A DNA stretch of 64,000 nt from positions 6,123,390 to 6,187,389 of the forward strand of contig NC_068991.1 in NCBI RefSeq assembly GCF_001194135.2. The letters run 5' to 3'. Origin of the DNA: Octopus bimaculoides (Eukaryota). The position numbers were made by a program, and so were the translations under genes. Below the pieces are notes generated by a model. The model was not told where the DNA came from. It did not search any database and saw only the letters and a program-made list of their open reading frames with translations. Below, piece after piece: positions 28,329-39,580 of the stretch. Each line of letters opens with the position of its first letter. The stretch's first letter is position 1.

Positions 28329-31300
28329 ATGAGCCAGTAGACAGTTGAGGTCAAACTGTGAGAGCATTTAGTTTTATAATTGATTCTGTATTGGAGTATT
28401 GCATTGTTATTGTGCAAATGGTTATAATAAGATAACCAACTTTTGTTACATTGCTTTTTATATTTGATACTGTGATATATTGTTATACACACCCACACAT
28501 CACATATCGTCACTGACAATATAACAGGAACTAACTTATTTAAAATGGTTGACATAAACTTACAACCTGTTGCCTGAGTTAGTACCGGTTCACCTGCTAA
28601 CTGATAGGCTGATTAGATCATCATCATCATTGTTTAACATCCGTTTTCCATGCTGGCATGGGTTAGATGGTTTGACTGGGGACTGGTAAGCCAGGAGGCT
28701 GCACCAGGCTCCAATCTGATCTGGCAGAGTTTCTACAGCCTGGTGCACTTCCTAATGCCAACCACTCCGAGAGTGTAGTGGGTGCTTTTTATGTGCTACC
28801 AGCATAGAAGCCAGTCAGGCAGCACTGGCATTGGCTGCATTCTGATGGTGCTCTTTACGTGCTACCGGGCAGTTGGCGAGGGGGACTGGCATCGACCATG
28901 TTCGGATGGTGCTTTTTACGTGCCACCAGCATGGGAAGCCAGTCAGGCAGCACTGGCAATGACCCATGCATGAATGGTGCTTATTACGTGCCACCAGCAC
29001 AAGAGCCAGTCAGGTGGCACTGGCATTGGCCACAACTACAATTTCCATTTTTGGTTGTGATTTGATTTTTGATTTTACTTGACTGAATAAGTTTCCTCAA
29101 GCATGGCATGTCACCCAATGATTCAAAGATACTTTTTAAATGGGCTGGTTATGCATCAATGCAACCTAGTTGCTTGATTAGCAAAATCCCCGTTGTCCTG
29201 GGGTTAATAGGGTTTGGGTTAGAAACAGGAATTTTAAACCTTTAGTTATTGTAGTTCTCAGTAATGTTCAACTGGTTTTGTAGGACAAAGATATTTTTTA
29301 TTTATTGCTGTATGAAGGTAGTCTTTGAAACATGTTTTATCAAAAGCTTCTTAAATAAACTTAAAAACAGGTGCATCATAACATTAAAATAGCACAAAAT
29401 ACTGGAATTTATGTTTTAACAAAACGGCAGAATGTAATAAATTCACACATAAACTCACACAATCAAAATTTGTCTCTCACCTTACAGGTAAATTAAAATT
29501 ACAGACCATAAATAGACAAATAAATGAAATAAAAAAAAAATTGAGAGCAAGGTTTATTTGGAAATATATATTTTATAAAATTAAAGATGCAGGAGTGGCT
29601 GTGTGGTAAGAAACTTGCTTCCCAACCACATGGGTCTGGGTTCAGTCCCATAGGGCATCTTGGCGAAGTGTCTTATATAGCTTCGGGCCAACCTTGTGAG
29701 TAGATTTGGTAGACGGAAACTGAAAGAAGCTTGTGTGTGTGTGTTTTTGTGTCAGTGTCTGTCTCCCCCATCACCACTTGACAACTGGTGTTGGTGTGTT
29801 TGTGTCCTATGACTTAACGGTTCGGCAATTCCACTCACAAGGCTTTGGTGGGCCCAAGGCTATAGTAGAAGACAGTTGCCCAAGGTGCCATGCAGTGGGA
29901 ATGAACCCGGAATCATGTGGTTGGTAAGCAAGCTACTTACCACACAGCCACTCATTGGTACAGTTCTTTTTGGTGGGGTGGAGTGACAAATATCAAGTTT
30001 TGCTTTTCTCTCTAAGGTTATATTTTTGGGGGAGGTAAATAAACTTCCATCGGTTATCCTGTAGCTTTGAGATTTTGATGAAGCAACTGTTGAATGTTAG
30101 AATGATATTGTAGGGCTGGTGTGAGAGGCCAGATCTGGCTGGTTTGAACATAAAAGAGGCAGAATATTTGGGCCACCAGATATGGTTGGTTTAAATGCTA
30201 AAGGGTTAAGTTGTTTCTGACAGTATAAGCCACAGAAAATTTCAGATTGGTTTGTATGAAAGGGTTAAGCTTGACCCCTGTAGGATAACAAGGCTTAACA
30301 CTAGTTTCTGATGCTTCTTTCTGTCTCAATTTTTGGTTTTCCTTTGCTTAATAAACTACTCTTCCGTTTCATTAACAGATAAATATTATCAAAGAAAGTG
30401 GCAATTATTTGGACAATTCTGAAGTTATCAATCAGTGTCTCCAAAACAGAGCTTGGATCCTCAAGGTATTTCAAACCAAACTACCCCTTTTTTTCTATAT
30501 TTTTGTTATTTAATTTCTTGAAGGTACTAAGCTAGCAGAATCATTACCATGCCAGACCAAAAGTGTTTAGTGGAGTTTTATTGCAGCTTTATGTTCTGAG
30601 TTCAAATACTGCTGTGGTCAACTTTGCCTTTCATTTGTTAAGGGTTGATAAAATAAGTACCAGTCAAACACTGGGGTCGATGTAATTGACTTCCCCTTCT
30701 CTCTAAAATTGCTGGCCTTTTACCCAAATTAGAAAAGATTAGCTAATTCCTTAGAACATTCTAGTGTAATATACAATAAGAGATATTTATTAATTTTGTT
30801 GTTATTGTGGATTGGCAGAACCGTTGCCACCATCCGAAAGTGATCAATGCCAGGCCCGCCTGACTGGCTCCTCATCATTCAATATCCGTTTCCCATGCTG
30901 GTATGGGTTAGATGACTCGACTGGAGCTGGCAAGGTCAGGGGTTGCACCAGATCCTATTGTCTGTTTTGGCTTGGTTCCTACAGTTGGACGCCCATCCTA
31001 ACACCAATCACTGTACAGAGTGTACTGGGTGCTTTTTACGTGGCACCATCAAAGGAAATGTTAAATCAACTCTGCTCAGACACCCAACCATTGAGATTCA
31101 AACATTGTTTAACATTCAAATTGCTCTATCAAAATGTAACACTTATTTTTGGAGCTTTAAGGTTTTGATGATGTGATTGTATATATTTTTAGAATGACAT
31201 TGTGGGGTATGTGTAAGAGGCCAGATCTAGTAGGTTTGAACATAGAACAGTCAGAATATTTGCATCAGATATGGCCAGTTGAAATGCTAAAGGGTTAATG

Positions 31301-31608
31301 ATTTTTGTAACCATATCAAGATTAATAACTATTACATAAATTGAATATGGTTCCAAAAGAATATTTAACTGCAAGCCGGTGGAATTAAGCTCAAACTCCT
31401 TCATAGGTTTGCCATTTTAGGTTGTTAGATACCCAGATTCTGTATGATTCATATATGAAACAATCCACTTCTTCAAATTAACTTAAATCTTTTGAATTAA
31501 TTAACATCGTTATCTGTTACTATCTTGTTAATTTTCTTTTTGTTTTTTGTTTTTTGTTTTTTTGTTTAGCTCTTTGAAGATTTGAAGACTTTGCTTGAAA
31601 AGACATGA
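19598..31608 (+). CDS. QSER1: QSER1/PRR12-family protein, C-terminal DUF4211 region (5'-partial; join 19598-19738, 20636-20766, 22014-22129, 22367-22464, 24597-24662, 25078-25197, 27703-27798, 30379-30465, 31570-31608)
   Basis: Nine exons with AG/GT boundaries join in frame (894 nt = 297 aa + TGA). The translation includes YPIWKIENGKMLHKYE, YSSW, FNIYMRIFLSQALESNFL, SCQAC, LYGQPYD, YHSLYHFKYHIYERC and NRAWILKLFEDL, which I recognise as the DUF4211 C-terminus of QSER1/PRR12 homologs. QSER1 versus PRR12 is a vertebrate paralog split, so the symbol is nominal. Confidence 0.88.
20636..20766 (+). CDS. QSER1: DUF4211 gene exon (YSSWMPTLRQQFKPIRAKLISQGFNKEIVEVEEPFRPKPPNDG)
   Basis: tttcag acceptor, gtaggg donor, 131 nt, phase 0/2. 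Confidence 0.88.
22014..22129 (+). CDS. QSER1: DUF4211 gene exon (LERQYEDDPLVESFNIYMRIFLSQALESNFLSIIIATN)
   Basis: cctttcag acceptor, gtaaga donor, 116 nt, phase 2/1. Confidence 0.9.
22367..22464 (+). CDS. QSER1: DUF4211 gene exon (QFFLKALQTIDSLIDMKVNEIDSKVQWNDKFK)
   Basis: long pyrimidine tract with ttttaag acceptor, gtgggt donor, 98 nt, phase 1/0. Confidence 0.88.
23733..23915 (-). pseudogene. Decayed Tc1/mariner DDE transposase fragment
   Basis: LWPPNLPDLNDVDNSIWSIV..NTLALLKAVI matches the WPPNSPDLNPxDxxxW motif. Confidence 0.8.
24327..24541 (+). mobile_element. tRNA-headed SINE family 1, near full length
   Basis: A-box-like gagctggcagaatcgttag, B-box-like gagttcaaat, core gactttgcctttcatcctttcggggtcgataaa, (ATT)n tail. 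Confidence 0.85.
24597..24662 (+). CDS. QSER1: DUF4211 gene exon (DCLKLKPVMRELDRPNLKQSCQ)
   Basis: ttctcaag acceptor, gtaata donor, 66 nt, phase 0/0. Confidence 0.85.
25078..25197 (+). CDS. QSER1: DUF4211 gene exon (ACENASQPAIKSIHLYGQPYDLSNLGENSVDPEENANVAQ)
   Basis: tgtttag acceptor, gtacac donor, 120 nt, phase 0/0. Confidence 0.88.
25290..25910 (-). pseudogene. Decayed mariner transposase, N-terminal half
   Basis: CQVQK..EHFQHLLHFIFNQGSK..ERTAQKY..SG, then VQFDENQL..TRELAHQMGCSH..MGKVQK: mariner paired-like HTH and linker, with stops and frameshifts. Confidence 0.82.
26698..27435 (-). mobile_element. RTE-clade LINE, 5'-truncated 3' fragment (spans an N-gap), intronic and antisense to the gene
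   Basis: Uninterrupted frame RLYDACVRTAMLHGSETWA..EASMLRWMC..RRLRWYGHVVRMDEDSCVKK..EGTRGR (RT C-terminal region), followed by a 3' UTR ending in an (ATG)n tail. Confidence 0.9.
27703..27798 (+). CDS. QSER1: DUF4211 gene exon (EFMIGKTAAMYVGSYHSLYHFKYHIYERCLAK)
   Basis: tctttcag acceptor, gtataa donor, 96 nt, phase 0/0; carries the conserved YHxLxHxKY motif. Confidence 0.9.
28290..28345. repeat. (CAGTAGA)n heptamer repeat bracketed by a duplicated acagatgagccagtagacagt
   Basis: Direct reading. Confidence 0.85.
28618..29045 (-). mobile_element. RTE-tail-related repeat with an internal tandem array of four ~60-65 bp units
   Basis: Starts with the catcattgtttaacatccgttttccatgctggcatggg tail motif; four units begin ggtgct(t/c)tt(t)acgtgc(c/t)acc. 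Confidence 0.75.
29588..29953. mobile_element. Inverted pair of tRNA-headed SINE family 2 copies
   Basis: + copy begins ggagtggctgtgtggtaag (29588-29830); - copy 29831-29953 ends cttaccacacagccactc. Confidence 0.82.
30379..30465 (+). CDS. QSER1: DUF4211 gene exon (INIIKESGNYLDNSEVINQCLQNRAWILK)
   Basis: ttaacag acceptor, gtattt donor, 87 nt, phase 0/0. Confidence 0.88.
31570..31608 (+). CDS. QSER1: DUF4211 gene terminal coding exon (LFEDLKTLLEKT*)
   Basis: T-rich tract with tgtttag acceptor; TGA at 31606-31608; AT-rich 3' UTR-like sequence follows. Confidence 0.85.
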   Translation, partial: LFEDLKTLLEKT

Positions 31609-34013
31609 AATTTTCTTCTTTCACTAGATAAATATACTTGCCAAGTGTAAAGTTGGTATGTGCCACTGCCAATGTAGACCAGAGTTGTGCTATGTAAAAC
31701 AGAGGAAAAGCAGCAACTGATTTTTTTTTTTTCTTTTTTTTTTATAATCTTCCTAACAACAACAGCTACTATAACTACATTAAAAGGATTTGCTGCAGGT
31801 GCTGCTGCTTTTAGATACCCTTCTAGTGGACCACAATTTTTTTCTCCTCACCTTATTGAAGAAAACAACACAACTGTGATGTTATATGTCAACACTCAAA
31901 TAACAAGACAAAAATGTGATTTTTAAAAAAAATATCTTTTACTATCACTTTCTCATAAACTATTTTTTAAGCTTGTATACCTATAAAAGCAGTCCTCAAT
32001 ACATTTTGTTAATAAGCGATCTTTTATTTTCTGCCAGTTCTAGAACATTCTATCTCATTTACACTACATTCTTCACACCTACTTAAAGATCCTCTACAAA
32101 GGTTCTGTTTCTTTAATTCATGCCATATCTTTTCTGAATCTCCTCAGAACTGACGTGTAACTACAAATTAACACAAATCACCAGAATATTAAGACATGTC
32201 TAAATCAGTTTCTACACTAATTAGATATTAATTTTATAGTTGAATTTTAAAAAAATATTTGATTCAATTTTTTTTTTTTTTTTTTTTTTTTTCATTACTG
32301 TAAAACTTTTATCTCATAAAAAATTCAAAACACGTTTGACTGTTATCGCATTAACCATATATTGATCTGTTTGCTTGATCAAGATTCAAGATCAATAAAA
32401 AATCTAATTAAGATGTCACCAGATAGTATTTCTGATCAAAGTACAAATCATTAAAGTAGATCCAATATTATATCTATTTCTTAGGTTATCATGTCTACTA
32501 AATCAAACATAACAATGATCTAAACACTGAATCATTATTCTAATTAATTAGAATCGTTAGGATGCCGGGCAAAGTGCTTAGCAGTATTTCGTTTGTCACT
32601 ACGTTCCGAGTTCAAATTCCACTAAGGTCAACTCTGCCTTTAGTCCTTTCAAGTCTATAGATTAAGTACCAGTGAAATACTGGGGTTGATGTAATCAACT
32701 AGTCTCCTCCCCACAAATTTCAGGCCTTGTGCCTTTAGTAGGAAGGGTTATTTTTATGACATTTGTTGCCTTTTTTTTTAAAGCTATCATGGGGGTGAAT
32801 GGTCCTCAGATATTTGGACATGTTTGTCTTGTCTTGTCATTGCTTGGTACCAATATTATGTATTACCGATTCAGTCTTTTACTTTCTCTTACTTATAGTA
32901 AGACAGTGGCATTTTATGTTGGAAACACTCATTATTCAGTAATTTACATTCTTAAATATAAATATGTCTGAAATATGAAAGATTAGTCAAATAGGATCAG
33001 ATCAATCATCAATTTTGCTATATCTAATCATGATATTTGATATATTTAGTGATGTTATCTCATCTATTGCGTTCTTTTAGTGAAATTTTCTCAGTATTTA
33101 ATTACGCCAAAATATTTTTAAAAAAAAATTTTTTTTAATAAAAATTTTAAATATATATTTATTATCTTCTAATTTACTTTGATTTGAGCTGTGTCTCTTC
33201 TTTAAATTAAAACCACAGTAAGCTCCGAGTTCCAATAGACTTTAATTTCATTTGATTGTTTCGTATGACCCCTCTCGCCCTTTAGTATTCAGATTACTCT
33301 GTCAAATGTATTGCTTATTTCTTCACATTGTTTTTCAATTAATCTTGCATTATCTCGTAGCTTTGAGAATTTCAATGTTGTGACTGTTTATTTTTAGAAT
33401 GCCATTGTAGGGTAGGTGTGAGAGGCCCGATCTAGCTGGTTTGAACATAAAACAAATAGAATATTTGGGCCCGGTACAGCTGATTTAAATGCTAAATGAT
33501 TGATACAATAATACCTTTAAAAAAAATGTTTTAAATTAGGGGTACTCATGATGATATTCAATCATTATTACCCCCTATTTTGATTAAATTTTAGAACGTT
33601 CCTATAGGAGAGAAATTCTTATGTATTTATTGAACATATGAGTTCTGACTAAAATTGATATAAATGCTGAGATGGACATAAATAATTTAGGAAATCTTAG
33701 TAAGGATCTTCATATCATCTGCCTGCATTTGGAATACGATTTTAGAATAAATCACATACCTAGAGGAATCATTCACAATCTCGATAACCACTCAGTATCA
33801 TGTATGGTGGAACTTGCCTTCGTAGATGTAAGTCTTTCCCACATAATCTTTTTGGAGTTGTTTTTAGCATGTATTTTCTGACATTTATTTTATTGTCTTT
33901 TAACTTTGTCGAATATCAAAAGAAAGAAAAGAAACTAAGCTTTTGCATAAAGTTTACAGAATTGTTGGGTGTTTATTATTATCATTATTATTATCGTTAT
34001 TATTATTACTTTA

Positions 34014-34229
34014 GTGTGGCAAGTTGGCCAAATCGTTAGCATGCCAGGCAAAATGCTTAACAGCGTTTCACCCATCTTTATGTTTTGAGTTCAAATTCCT
34101 CCGAGGTCAACTTTGCCTTTCATCCTTTCGGGGTTGATAAAACAAGTACCAGTTGAATGCTGAGGTCAATGTCATCAACTAGCCCTCTTCCCCAAATTTC
34201 GACCTTGAGACTTTAATAGAAGGATTATT

Positions 34230-34260
<31 letters not shown>

Positions 34261-34490
34261 TTGTTATTATTAAGGCTGTGAGCTGGCAGAATCATTAGCA
34301 TGCCAGGCAAAATGCTTAGCAGTATTTCGTCTGTCTTCATGTTGTGAGTTCAAATGCCACCTGGGTCAACTTTGCCTTTTATCCTTTCGGGGTCGATAAA
34401 TTAAGTACCAGTTGAATACTTGGGTCGATCTAATTGACTGGGCCCCCCCTCCCCCAAAATTTCGGGCTTTGTGCCTAGAGTAGAAAAGAT
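34014..34490 (+). mobile_element. Tandem pair of SINE family 1 copies (34014-34224, 34274-34490)
   Basis: Two full heads and cores separated by (TTA)n. Confidence 0.85.
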
Positions 34491-37400
34491 TATTATTATT
34501 ATTATTATGATTTCAAAATTACAGTTTTGTAAAAAAAAAAAAAAAAAAATATATGTATTTTTATTCTGGTGTAAAACCGTTCAAGCATTTAGTCAACCGC
34601 GTAAGCTTATTTGTTCTTTCTTTTATATTCTTAGGCATTTATAAATAATTTAAACTCTTAGAATGAAGATTGTTCTATGACAAATGTGGGGAGGCACTGC
34701 TATCAAAAACATTGGTGTTATCGTTACTGATTGAAAATATCTTCACTAATTTTAATCCCATTGTCCACTTGTATCATTTTCTTTTTCCTTTCTTTTCATT
34801 TTTGCTAAATAAACATATTGATGAAAGTGAAACAAAAAAAAAATATTAAAGACTAAAAGATATTCTGTTAAAATAAACAAAAAAAAAATAATGATAATAA
34901 TAATAAATTTTCTTCATAATGAAACTTTGACTCCATTGCAGAGCCATTTGTGTCATAGTTCTTAAACTGCTGTTGGAGTTTTACTGCATTTGTATATATA
35001 CACATTGGATTTTTTTGCAAGGCAGGTTTAGCCTCTTTGCACATTTATCATTCATACCAATACTGCTCTAATGTGAGAATAAACATCAAATGGTTTCAGT
35101 CATTGAAGCTGTGAACATTTATCATACAATTCGTTTGGATAATAATAAAAGAAGAAAAAGAAACCCCAAAAAAAAAAAAAGCAAACAAACAAATAACTGG
35201 TCTGAAAAATAATTTGTATATTTAAGCATCTCTAATATTTCTCTGATTTAGCTTTACATAAAGTGTTGATTTTGACTACTTGAAGGTTTTGTGATACATA
35301 CTAGCAGAAAGAAGACAAAAAAATATATATATATAATATATATCTTAGTAACAATCATCATCATCATTATTATCATCATCATCGCCATCATCATCATCAT
35401 CGTCACCATTTCTAGCTTCTTTTCTCTTTCACCATCTCCCCCCTCTCCCTCCATGTTGGATTTTTGGCTCTAGAAACTTCTGTGTCATTTTGTTTCTTAA
35501 TTTCTACATGTCCATAAGAAGCAAACAAACACAACAAAACAATAATTAAAAAAATATATATATATAAGTTATATTTTGTATTTTCAGTGATTGGTATGAG
35601 CTGATTTCAGACTTAAAAAAAAAAAAAAAACGAAAATGAAAAAAAAAAAATCAAAAAGACCAAAAAAAAATTAGATAAAAAAAAGAAGAAAAAATATTAT
35701 TAATATTGTTGACTTATTGGTGCAGTTGGCTGAGTTCTGTTTGTAAAGGAATTTTACTTAAACTTGCTAGATCTGATAGATCATTCCAAGAAAATCTGTC
35801 TGCCTGTCGTTAATTAATAAGGGGGTAAAAAAAAAAAAATCGTTTGTCAAACTTTTCACCATAGATTTTTTTTTTTCTTTTCCTTTTATCAAATTTCATC
35901 CTGCCCCATCTGGTTTTGTGCTTCTTTTTGTTTTTATTATTATTATTATCATTATTATTATTATTAATATTACTATAATGCCATCATTATTGTTACGATT
36001 CTCATTGATCATTTTAATCATCTGTCATTGTCATCCTCGTTACCATCATTTCTTCTTCTTCTTCTTCTTCTTCTTATTATTATTATTATTATTANNNNNN
36101 NNNNNNNNNNNNNNNNNNNNNNNNNNNNNNNNNNNNNNNNNNNNNNNNNNNNNNNTTTCCTTTTATCAAATTTCATCCTGCCCCATCTGGTTTTGTGCTT
36201 CTTTTTGTTTTTATTATTATTATTATCATTATTATTATTATTAATATTACTATAATGCCATCATTATTGTTACGATTCTCATTGATCATTTTAATCATCT
36301 GTCATTGTCATCCTCGTTACCATCATTTCTTCTTCTTCTTCTTCTTCTTCTTCTTATTATTATTATTATTATTACTACTACTACTACATGATAAAAAGAA
36401 CATAATGCGATATGTAATGAAATTGACTTTTTTTTATTTATTGAGCTGAACAATATTTCAACAATATGTCTCTCTTCCTCAGATTCAAAACGAAAAATAC
36501 ACAGAAAATGCAGAAATTGAAAATTCCAACCGGAATATCTTGTGTTCTTTTGTAGACAAAAAAACAAATCAAGTTTCACTTATTCATAATCGTTAACAAG
36601 GAAAAAGAAAATAAATAGAAAGAGATAAAGAAGGAGACTATTTCTATTTATTTTTTATTTTTCATGTCAAACCCAAAGAAGTCAAACGCATTGTCGAAAT
36701 ATTGGTCCCGTCAATAAAGTCAATCTGCATTTTATTACATATTGCATCATGCTCTTATTGTTGTGTCTTGACCTTCCTGAAGAGTTCTGTCAATCATCAT
36801 CACTATCGTCATTATTATTATTACTACTACTACTACTATTATTATTACTATTATCATCATTATTATTATTATTCAGATGCTGATGTCTAAGTTGGGTATT
36901 GCCAAATATGGAAAGGTGGGTTTCACTCTTGTTACTGTCTGTATAATCAACTTATCAAGGACTTCTGAAAATATTTTTTTCTTTGTTTTTGTTTTATAAT
37001 ACAAGAAAAGGCGCAATAATATAGTTAATGCTACCGTCCATTTAGGTACTGTTTAGTGTATAATGCTAAGTATAAACCCTATATACATATACATACATAC
37101 ATATGTATGTATGGTGAGAGAAAGAGCAGAAGTTAACCTGTTGGACAAGAGCTGAGAATAAGAGATAATACTTTCCACATATGGTCCCATGGACATTCTT
37201 AATTTTAATATTCAATTTTGCAATTGTTCAAGTAACTGGAGTTTGATAATGACCAGATTAGACCAGTTATCGTTGAACAAGTTCTTTATTGTGGTCAGTT
37301 TGTACTGCAGGCATATCTTGTGCACTTTTTCTTCAATCTCTTAATTACTTTCTTGTGTTGGTCATTGTAATTGCATTTTAATCTAGTAATTAAGCTATAT

Positions 37401-39401
37401 ATTGTTGTGCCAAAAAAAAAAAAAACAAGAAAATTGAAAAGAAATATTGTTTTCCATTATCCTTTTTTTTTTTTTTATTTAAACATAAGTGTGAATAACG
37501 TGTTGCCCTGTGTATCACTGTGCATTCATTTCTCTATCTTTTTCTTTTTCTATCTTTCTGTTTCTGTCTGTCTGTCTCTCTCTCTCTCACACACACACAC
37601 ATACCACAGCATACCAGATCACACTACACTGGTACAAACATTTCTTAATTGGTGCTTGTTAAAGACACTGCCAAAAAAAAAAAAAGAAAGAAAAAGTTTT
37701 GCTTAAAATTGTGTGAAACTTTATTTCGAGAAAATCACTCCACACAATCCCCAGTAAATATTTAATCATTTGGTATCTCATTCAAGTTTTCCTTCGTTAA
37801 TACTTACAAAAACAAATTTTAGTTCACACCAGTTGTGATTTTTTTCTGTTGTTTTCATATAAGAAATTACATCTCCATAATCTTTACTACCTTCCAGAAT
37901 AGTCAAAAAAACAAACCATTGTTGTTAGTATATTTAAGTACTTATCTGTTCTCTTTCAATGATTAGTGCAATTGTTTTTTTGCTTTAATTTTATTATTTT
38001 TTCTTTCAAAGACATCCTTCTAGCCTATTTTATTTGATTATTTGCTATGAAAATTGCTATTCTGCAGAAATATATATCTTTATCTATATTTATCCATCGA
38101 CAAATGGAGTGTTTATTCATATGTATAGACTAATGTTGTACGACTGGTATACACTTATCGGATGTGCTGTTTCTCAACATTACTTACACAGATTTGCAAA
38201 TAAAAGAAGCAAACAAACTGTATTTGCCACTATGTCTGTAGCATCTGTATCAACAAACTTTCAAATAGCACCTACCAACATCTGAGGCTTCGACTATTGA
38301 GTATTATTATTCAGAATTTGTTTACTTATAGGAAGAACAAAAAGCATCAGCTTCTGGGTTCTGCTTTGAACTATTCATGGATCTTTTTTATGTTCTGCAT
38401 TATTAGTAAAATCCTTACAACTTAAATATGCAGCCCTTTTCTCTTGTTATGCAGTTTCTTTTCTGATATAGCTGTCATGGATAGGGTTGAAATCTTATAA
38501 ATGAATTAACCCAGTCTGCTATTTCGGCTTCCATTCAACACATACGGCTTAGCTTTTTTTTTTTTAATTGTAATGATAAAAATATTTGTTGATATTCTGT
38601 TTATTTTTACGATGCTTATTTCCCTTATTTATCCTACTATAAGCACACACAAGTTATATACAGTATGTTGATTGTGTTTTGAGTTTTATAAAAGCTCTCC
38701 GATAAATGAAAGTAGAAAGCTAGGTGCTTCTGATAAATTTGAATAATTAGGGTGTTATTGATTTGAAGAACATGATGAAGAAACTGATGATAATGACAAT
38801 AATAAATACACAAGGGGGCAATATATAGAAACACACACACACACATATCTCTGAGCAGTTCCCAGGTTTGTTATGTCACTCGATATGAAGTTATAGAACA
38901 TCTTGGCCAAGTGTACTGGAATAGTTTCCCATTGATTTTACCAAGTATGGGGTAAAATTAAATAACGAATGTGGAAATGGGGACTGCAATGTCCATGCCC
39001 TTCTCAAAGAAATAATAATCTGGCATGAAGTGATTACTAATTTAAGGCCTGGGCTAAAATGTGGAGTCGGTGTGCTGAAGGCCTGCTACTCAACAGTACT
39101 TACCTATAATTTTGACTGGCAGCATTCATCTACCCTGCGGTTATCATTTAAACATCTCAAGTGCAACACTGAAAGTTAATGAAGCATTCATTTATAGGGT
39201 GCTACAGCTGCTTGCAAGAGTAAAATGTTCCTCTATTTATAGCTAGGATTACAGAGTTTATAAGAACTGTTCCTATCAGGGACCATCAACTCTTAACCCA
39301 ACATCCTTGTCAGCCATAGTTTTAATGTGTGTGTGTGTGTACATATATGAGCATATGTGTGTGTGTATTAGTTTTATCTAAGAAAGTACTTAGCAACATT
39401 C

Positions 39402-39580
39402 TTAACCCTTAGCATTGAGATTAATCTGGCAACTGTAATGCTTATAGAATCAGATTGCTTTCAATTAATCATGCATTACATTGTAGCTTTATAGTTTTGG
39501 TGATATGATTGTTTTTAGAATGACATTGTAGGGTAGATGTGAGAGGCTTAATATGGCCAGTTTAAATACTAAAGGGTTAA
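39402..39580 (+). mobile_element. piggyBac-like MITE family A
   Basis: TTAA-CCCTTAGCATT ... AAATACTAAAGGG-TTAA: TTAA TSD and CCC/GGG ends. Confidence 0.75.

Noticed and set aside
28790-29040. CRISPR-like repeat/spacer appearance
   Set aside because: Eukaryotic context, degenerate repeats, mutually similar spacers and no cas genes; it is a tandem array within a TE.
35878-36372. ~215-bp direct duplication
   Set aside because: The near-identical copies flank an N-gap, which is typical of overlapping contig ends left unmerged at a microsatellite.
37200-37345. Short minus frame EIEEKVHKICLQYKL..LLEQLQN*
   Set aside because: About 42 codons, a stop directly upstream, no pyrimidine tract at the only acceptor, and no recognised homology.
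38188-39168. Two minus-strand AG...GTAAGT segments (38188-38281, 39104-39168)
   Set aside because: Stops in all three frames, and GTAAGT is expected by chance every few kb at this composition.
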